Below are positions 57,556-64,000 of a DNA stretch of 64,000 nucleotides, one piece after another. Both the position numbers and the translations under genes were made by a program. The first letter of the stretch is position 1. Every line of letters starts with the position of its first letter. This DNA comes from Chloroflexota bacterium. Lineage in GTDB: Bacteria > Chloroflexota > UBA11872 > VXNJ01. The stretch covers positions 224,001 to 288,000 of the forward strand of contig OZ253449.1 in NCBI GenBank assembly GCA_965261345.1, in the 5' to 3' direction. The notes under the pieces are model-generated. The model had not been told where the DNA came from, did not search any database, and saw nothing but the letters and a program-made list of their open reading frames with translations.

Positions 57556-58854
57556 ATGCAATCAGTTCGACTTTGCATTGGCTCCCTCCGGGCCTCAATT
57601 CGACGATCCATAAACCCTCGGACCGGGCGGCGGGTAGAGATTCTCTTCGTTGTGGTCTCCCTACTGAGCATGGCCGCTGGTTGCGATGCCTTTTCGCGGG
57701 AACAATCCACAACTCCCTTAAAGATTGGCCTGCTGCTTAATTTCAGCGGGTCGCCTGAGGCCTCAGGCGACCGAATGCGGGCATTTGATCTGGCGCTAAA
57801 GCACATCAACGATGGCGGCGGAGTGCTCGGGCTGCCGGTGGAAGGCATCGCCGCCGATGCGACGGCAGATCCTTCAGCCGCAGTCGAGGCGGCCCGGCGC
57901 CTGGTCGAAATCGAAGGCGTTCACGCAATCGTTGGGCCGAACGCCAGCTCGGCCGCGCTGCGGGTTGCCCGACAAGTTTCTTTCGAGCTCGAAATCCCAA
58001 CTATTAGCCCCTCGGCCACCTCGCCTCAACTTAGCGGTGTTGAAGACAACGATTTCTTTTTCCGCACGGCCCTCTCCGATGCCGCCCAGGGGCCGGTCTT
58101 GGCCGACCTTGCGCGCGACCGCGAATTCGACAACGTTGGCCTCATTTACCAGGACGATGCCTACGGCCACGGCTTGGCCACGGCCTTTGAGGAGTCCTGG
58201 AACGGTACGCTACAGACTGTCTCAGTCGATACCGAGCAGACAGACTTTTCCAGGGAATTAGGGCAGAGCGCGAATTTGGGCGCCCAGGCATTGATCGTGA
58301 TTGCCTTCGAGGGCCAGGCGCAATCGATCGTTCAACAGGCCCTTGACGAAGCCATCTACGACCGGTTCGTCTTCGGCGACGCGGCCAAGCGAATCAGCCT
58401 CGTTAAGGCCGTTGGCGGCGACCGGCTCGGCGGGATGTTTGGAACCGCCGGGGCGTCCGCCCCAGACAACGCCGCATCCGCCGGCTGGGAGGCTTCGTTC
58501 ATCGCCGAGTACGGCGAACTACCCGTCCTGGCATACGTAAAAGAAACCTACGATGCCACGGTTGCCATAGCATTTGCGGCCCAAGCTGCCGGAGGCGTTG
58601 AGGGGGCAATCATCCGCGAGCATCTGCGGTCAATCGCCAGGCCTCCAGGCGAGATCGTTGCCGCAACCCCGACCGGGGTGGCCGCCGGCCTGTCCCTGCT
58701 CGATGAAGGAAGGCAGATCAATTTCGAAGGCGCCGCCAGTACGCTGGACTGGGATGGCGAAGGCGACCTCGGTCGGGGCCACATCGGGATCTGGCGCTTT
58801 ACTCTCGACGAACAAATCGAGGATGTCGGCACGATCTATTACGATAAATCGTGA
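57556..58854 (+). CDS. ABC transporter substrate-binding protein (branched-chain amino acid type); start uncertain
   Basis: Lipobox-like AAGC, KIGLLL, INDGGGVLG, ISPSATS and FFRT. Confidence 0.88.
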   Translation: MQSVRLCIGSLRASIRRSINPRTGRRVEILFVVVSLLSMAAGCDAFSREQSTTPLKIGLLLNFSGSPEASGDRMRAFDLALKHINDGGGVLGLPVEGIAADATADPSAAVEAARRLVEIEGVHAIVGPNASSAALRVARQVSFELEIPTISPSATSPQLSGVEDNDFFFRTALSDAAQGPVLADLARDREFDNVGLIYQDDAYGHGLATAFEESWNGTLQTVSVDTEQTDFSRELGQSANLGAQALIVIAFEGQAQSIVQQALDEAIYDRFVFGDAAKRISLVKAVGGDRLGGMFGTAGASAPDNAASAGWEASFIAEYGELPVLAYVKETYDATVAIAFAAQAAGGVEGAIIREHLRSIARPPGEIVAATPTGVAAGLSLLDEGRQINFEGAASTLDWDGEGDLGRGHIGIWRFTLDEQIEDVGTIYYDKS

Positions 58855-58877
58855 TCACGTTTGGCCGCCAACCTGCT

Positions 58878-59948
58878 CTATTGCAACGCCCCCGCCGCGG
58901 TGATCGGCCACTCCTCGACGATCTCGCCATTTCGGATGGCATGGATTTTCCGGTGCAGCAACACGGTGCTGTCGGAATAGTGCGGAATCATTTCGAATCG
59001 ATCACCGGGGCGCAGCCGGTTACCGCCATCCCTTACCAAGTACGTATGTTCGGCGCTGAGTCGTGCGCACCGCCAGCCTTCCGGCTTAACGATCATTGGC
59101 AGGCCGGTGTGCCGGCCAGTGGTCTTCCAGCCCGCATCGCCGGTAGCCCGTACGGGGTCGGTTGCAGATATTGCCTGGCAGAGCAGACTGAGCGCTCGTT
59201 TATGACCCTCAACGCCCATGAGTTCATATGACAGGTCCATGAGCGCCGCGCCGCCGGCTTGGAGCTCGGTGAGGACCGATTGCCTTAAGACATAGCGGTA
59301 ATTGCCGCTGCCGCCGCCCGAGAGCACCGTGATTTGATGGCCTTGCTCCGCGCACAGCCGCTTGGCCCGCCTCAGGATGGCAGCCGATGCTGAGGTCTCG
59401 CGTTCTTTTTCCGGGTCGGACATATTCATCACGTGGCCCTCGTACCCCATCAACCCACGCAGACGGACACCCGGCAGTTTGGTTGCGAGCGCGCAGAGCG
59501 CCGGCGCCGCCGCGGGAGGAACGCCGCAGCGGTGAAGATTGACATCGATATCGACCAAAAGGTCTATTTCAACGCCGGCCCGGTCGGCCGCCGCCGCAAT
59601 CTCGCGGATGTTTTCCGCATCATCAACCGCAACGCACAGCCTGGCCAATTTCGCCACCTGGGTCAAGCGCTCAATCTTGGTCTTACCGACAACCTCGTTG
59701 GCGATCAAGATGTCGTTAACGCCGCCATTTGCCAGCGCCAGCGCCTCCGAAGACTTTGCACAGGTGATCCCGACCGCGCCCGCCTCGATCAACCGCAACG
59801 CTATCGCGGGGGATTTTGAGGCTTTAACATGCGGACGCCAGGCAATGCCGGCAGCTCTGGCCCGCTTGGCCATCAACTGCGCATTGTGCTCAAAAGCGTC
59901 AAGATCCAGCAGCAGCGCCGGAGTGTCCAATTCGTTGGCAAAGTTCAT
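58878..59948 (-). CDS. DSD1/D-threonine aldolase-family PLP enzyme
   Basis: LDTPALLLD, RPHVK (PLP lysine), HRCGV, GLMGYEGH and ELQAG. Confidence 0.88.
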   Translation of the reverse strand: MNFANELDTPALLLDLDAFEHNAQLMAKRARAAGIAWRPHVKASKSPAIALRLIEAGAVGITCAKSSEALALANGGVNDILIANEVVGKTKIERLTQVAKLARLCVAVDDAENIREIAAAADRAGVEIDLLVDIDVNLHRCGVPPAAAPALCALATKLPGVRLRGLMGYEGHVMNMSDPEKERETSASAAILRRAKRLCAEQGHQITVLSGGGSGNYRYVLRQSVLTELQAGGAALMDLSYELMGVEGHKRALSLLCQAISATDPVRATGDAGWKTTGRHTGLPMIVKPEGWRCARLSAEHTYLVRDGGNRLRPGDRFEMIPHYSDSTVLLHRKIHAIRNGEIVEEWPITAAGALQ

Positions 59949-60332
59949 TTGGTCCGCCTGATTTCGAAATCGTACCGGCTGATCGGGCGCCGTCAACCGT
60001 TCCGGTTAACCCAATGATGCGGCCTCCGATCCCACCCGGTCCAATACAAATCAATCGGTCGCCATCCTGCCGACTTTCGGCAACTTCGCGAGTGCAACGC
60101 CTCAGCATGTATGTCAGTGGACGGCAACGGTGCGTTTTCTCAGCGCCTGCCCGCCTCCCATCTCACCTTCAGCGACCGCCTAGCGGGAGAAGGCCCTCTC
60201 TGAAAAGGAGAACCCCGGGTGGTCGAAACGCAGCTTCTGGTCATTGCTGATCGCTCTGTGCCGTACTTGTCCGCGTGCTGCCGCGCGGGTGAGTGATAGT
60301 ATCTTTACCGGTTGATATGGAAGGTACCGGGC

Positions 60333-61091
60333 GTGAAGGATTCCATTTGCATCGTTACGGGCGCAGGGAGCGGAATCGGTGAGGCGACATCGCTCCTGCT
60401 TGCCCAAAGGGGCGCTCGGATCGTGCTCGTGGGACGGACGCTTTCGAAGCTCGAACGGGTCCGCCGGATAATCGAAGCCCGAGGAGGGGCCGCGGACGTT
60501 CAGCCCTGCGACCTTGCCGACGTGGCTGCCGTCCGGGGCATGGCCGCGGGAGTGCTCCGCGATCATGGCCGTGTCGACGTGCTGGTCAACAACGCTGGCA
60601 TGGCCACCCGCAACCGCACGACGTTGACCATGACGCCGGCGGAGGCCGAGGTGGTGATGCGGGTCAACCTGCTAGGGCCATTCTTCCTGGCGCAAGCAGT
60701 GCTGCCGGGAATGCTCGCGCGGAGGGAAGGCACGATCGTGAACATATCGTCGCTGGCCGCCACGAGACCAGGCCCAGTGGCCGGGCCCATCTACAGCGCA
60801 TCTAAGGCGGGGTTGCTCAACTTCACCCGGTACCTGAACACCGAGCTGCAGAACTCCGGCATCCGCGCCTGCTGCATCCTACCGGGGGAGGTTGACACCC
60901 CCATATTGGACATGCGGCCGGTCGTGCCCGACGATGACGCCAGGGCCACGATGCTGACCGCCGAGGACGTGGCGGAAACCGTGCTGCTGGCCGTAGCCAG
61001 CCCGCAACGGGCCCTGGTGAGTGAGATATCGGTGCTGCCCAGCTTCAGGCGGGATCTCTCGCAAGACCTGATGGATCCGCTCGCCGGCTGA
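60333..61091 (+). CDS. SDR oxidoreductase
   Basis: TGAGSGIG, NNAG and YSASK. Confidence 0.92.
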   Translation: MKDSICIVTGAGSGIGEATSLLLAQRGARIVLVGRTLSKLERVRRIIEARGGAADVQPCDLADVAAVRGMAAGVLRDHGRVDVLVNNAGMATRNRTTLTMTPAEAEVVMRVNLLGPFFLAQAVLPGMLARREGTIVNISSLAATRPGPVAGPIYSASKAGLLNFTRYLNTELQNSGIRACCILPGEVDTPILDMRPVVPDDDARATMLTAEDVAETVLLAVASPQRALVSEISVLPSFRRDLSQDLMDPLAG

Positions 61092-61689
61092 CCCTTGGGG
61101 GGCAACCACCAGGCCGGAGCCGCCGGCAGTTTCGGTCCCATGGCGCGAATCGGTGTTTCCGGGTGTTAAAGATGGTCAAGCACCGGTTTTTGCACATGGC
61201 ACCTCCCGGCCCGCGTCGACGATTTTGGCCAATCCATCGACAGCATACTGCTCACCGACCCTGACCGAGATGCCGAAGAGCTGTTCGTGAAGCGGGGATT
61301 TCTCATTCCGGTCGGACCACCAAATAACCACTATCCTCCGGGCCGGTGCAAAAGACGGACGGCAGCTAAAGTCTTTGGGCGCTTTGCGGGGCGCGGAGGA
61401 TCCTCCCCGGGAAAAGCAATTGAGGATTCGGTTCCAAGCGCGCTTTAGGCGGCCACGGCGGGTCGGTATCACCGGGCAGGAATCTTGCGCATGCGGCCCC
61501 GGCGCGTTAGCCGGACCAGGTGCAACCCGGTCGCATTCGCAGGTGCTGATCGGGAATCGGGGCAGCATGGAAAATGGCGCGCTCACGATCGCGGCAGTGC
61601 TGCCGGGCAAGACCGGCAACCTGCATTCGCGGCGGGCCCATCCGGGTAACTTCCGCCTCGCCCCGATCGCCATCCGGTGGCGTAGTTGA

Positions 61690-63123
61690 ATGGATTTCGA
61701 CAAATATGAATTCGACCCCGCGATCTACGACGAGATGTTTGAGGCTCCCTACCAACCGCGGGGGCACAGCCGCAATCTCCACCAGGCACTGCAGGCGGTT
61801 TCGCCGCAGGAGCTAGCTACGGTCCAGGAAGAGGTGACGCGTTCGTTTTCGACCGAAGGCATTACGTTCACCGTCTACGGTGCCGATGAGGCCAGCGAAC
61901 GGATCATCCCGGTCGACTGTCTTCCGCGGATTCTCCCGGGATCGGATTGGGAATTCCTGCACAAGGGCCTATCGCAACGGCTGGCAGCCATCAATTTATT
62001 TCTGGGTGATGTCTACTCCGACGGGCGGATCATCGCCGACGGGGTGATCCCGGTAGACATGGTGCGAGGGTGCCCGCAATACCGCACCGAGTTGCGTGGT
62101 TTCGCGCCCCCGCACGGGACCTGGGTGGCGGTCTGCGGCACCGATCTGGTTCGCACCGACGACGGCTTCCATGTGCTCGAGGACAATCTGCGGGTCCCGT
62201 CCGGTGTCTCGTACATGATCGCCAACCGCAAGGCGGTAAAGACCAACCTGCGGCGCCTGTACCGAAGCTATCGGGTGCGCGAAGTCGAACATTACGGCGC
62301 CATCCTTCGCACCACCCTGCTCGAATTGGCGCCGGATGGAAGGCAAGATCCCACCATAGCCTTACTGACCCCGGGCGTGTACAACTCCGCCTTCTATGAA
62401 CACATGTTTCTTGCGGGCGAGATTGGGGCCGAGCTGGTTGAGGGCCGCGACCTGGTGATAGATGGCGGCTTCGTCTACGCTCGCACCACCACCGGACTGC
62501 TTCGAATTGACGTGATCTACCGCCGGGTCGATGACGATTTTCTTGACCCGTCGGTGTTCCGCCCGGACTCGCTTTTGGGCGTACCCGGTCTCATGCACGC
62601 CTGCAAACTCGGCAACGTAACCCTGGCCAATGCCCCCGGCACCGGCGTGGCCGATGACAAGAGCGTCTACGCCTTCTTGCCGGAAATGATCCGCTACTAC
62701 CTCGGCGAGGAACCGATCCTGGCAAATGTGGAAACGTATCTCTGCCGCCGCCCGGAAGACCTTGAATTCACGCTCGACAATCTCGACAAATTGGTGGTCA
62801 AGCGCGTCGGTGAATCGGGCGGCTACGGGATGTTGGTCGGTCCACACGCAACTGCGTAGGAGCGGGCGAGTTACGCCCGCCAAGTGAGGGCCGATCCGAA
62901 CCAATTCGTGGCGCAGCCGACGCTGGCCCTTTCGCGCTCACCCTGTCTAGTCGACGGCCAGTTCGAACCCCGACACGTTGATCTGCGTCCGTTCGTGCTG
63001 CACGGCCGCAAGACCCGCATTGTCCCTGGCGCCTTCTGCCGCGTGGCGCTGCGCGCCGGCAGCCTGGTGGTCAATTCCAGTCAGGGCGGTGGCGGCAAGG
63101 ACGTCTGGGTGCTAGATAACTAA
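61690..63123 (+). pseudogene. Circularly permuted type 2 ATP-grasp protein with an in-frame TAG at 62857-62859
   Basis: LEDNLRVPSGVSY, YRRVDDDFLDP and SGGYGM. After the stop, the same frame gives PRHVDLRPF..NSSQGGGGKD. Confidence 0.9.
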
Positions 63124-63256
63124 ATGTCTACGCGCTTACCCGGACGCAGCCTCGTCCCAACCAAACGCGGTCGCACACGGTCAAACAGGGAATCGCGTCC
63201 GCGGCTACTTTGCCCGCATCCCGGCCCGGGTCCCGATACGGCCGATAAGGGCGCCT

Positions 63257-64000
63257 ATGCTCGCGCGCAGTGCCCAGGGACTTTACTGGATGAGCCGCTA
63301 CCTGGAGCGCGCCGAGCAATTGGCTCGAATGCTCCGGATGCAGACCGAGGCTCTGGTGGACCGTCCCGTCCGCGAAATTCACATCGGCTGGACCCGAATT
63401 TACGGCAGCCTCGGCCGCCAACTACCATGGGGCGAATTGGAGCTGCTAGATGATGATGACTTCACCCTGGCCGATTCCTACACCCTGGCCGACGACCTTA
63501 CCTTTGAGCAGGAAATTCCGGGTTCGGTATGGGCCTGCTTTGCCCTTGGGCGCGAAAACGCACGCCAGATGCGCCAGTGCATCAGCGCCGAAATGTGGAC
63601 CAGCCTAAACCGGGCCTACCTGACCATCCAGAGATCGACCATTGAAGACTTCTGGAGACTCTCGCCCGAACGCTTCTACGCCCAGACCGCAACATCGATT
63701 AACACGTTTGCGGGGGTTGCGGCGACGACGATGTACCGCGGCGAAGGCTGGAATTTCATGCAGCTCGGACACTTTGTCGAGCGTGCCCAGGCCCTCTCGG
63801 GCCTGCTGTTGGCGCAAATTTCGGCCGCGGGCTTAATCGATGATTCGTCCGAAGTGGATTGGACAAGCCTGCTGCGATTGCAACACGCATTCGAGCCTTA
63901 CAGCCGACGGTTTAGCGTGCGCATCGATCCCGGGCAGGTGCTTGACATCCTTACAACCGATCCGCTCCTGCCGGGTTCGCTCCGCCGCTCGCTCGATGGG
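63257..64000 (+). CDS. Alpha-E domain protein (DUF403), runs off the window end
   Basis: MLARSAQGLYWMSRYLERAE..RENARQMRQCISAEMW; the usual partner of this ATP-grasp family. Confidence 0.9.
   Translation, partial: MLARSAQGLYWMSRYLERAEQLARMLRMQTEALVDRPVREIHIGWTRIYGSLGRQLPWGELELLDDDDFTLADSYTLADDLTFEQEIPGSVWACFALGRENARQMRQCISAEMWTSLNRAYLTIQRSTIEDFWRLSPERFYAQTATSINTFAGVAATTMYRGEGWNFMQLGHFVERAQALSGLLLAQISAAGLIDDSSEVDWTSLLRLQHAFEPYSRRFSVRIDPGQVLDILTTDPLLPGSLRRSLDG

Overview
GC-rich bacterial accessory region in which about 37% of the bases (my sum of the element boundaries) belong to 13 mobile elements, many of them nested. Nest 1: IS21 inside IS256. Nest 2: IS21 inside an ISNCY-like element, inside the left end of another IS21, inside a glycoside-hydrolase-like gene. 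Nest 3: an ISNCY-like element bracketed by IS21-type ends, inside IS1380. Nest 4: a group II intron inside IS110-B, inside the left end of IS110-A, inside a PD-(D/E)xK nuclease-like gene. A second IS256, an IS1182-like element and a partial IS21 at the window start are also present. Between them lie catabolic and transport genes: truncated P450, MMPL, cupin, desaturase, SDRs, esterase, a GH29 fucosidase/sulfatase/dehydrogenase/mutarotase/lactonase cluster, MFS, SLC13, an enolase-superfamily enzyme, aldo-keto reductase, Cu amine oxidase, AIM24, an ABC binding protein, a DSD1-like PLP enzyme and an ATP-grasp/alpha-E pair. Three main findings. (1) Both IS110 elements carry readable bridge RNAs, and the IS110-B guide matches the end/promoter of IS110-A. 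(2) The ISNCY-like transposase has a C-terminal domain resembling the IS21 IstA HTH, and both copies sit at nt 26 of IS21-type inverted repeats. (3) The group II intron has non-canonical GAACG...AA boundaries supported by EBS1-IBS1 pairing. I saw no tRNA, rRNA or CRISPR. Family calls come from motifs read by eye, not database searches. Several frameshifts may be sequencing errors.
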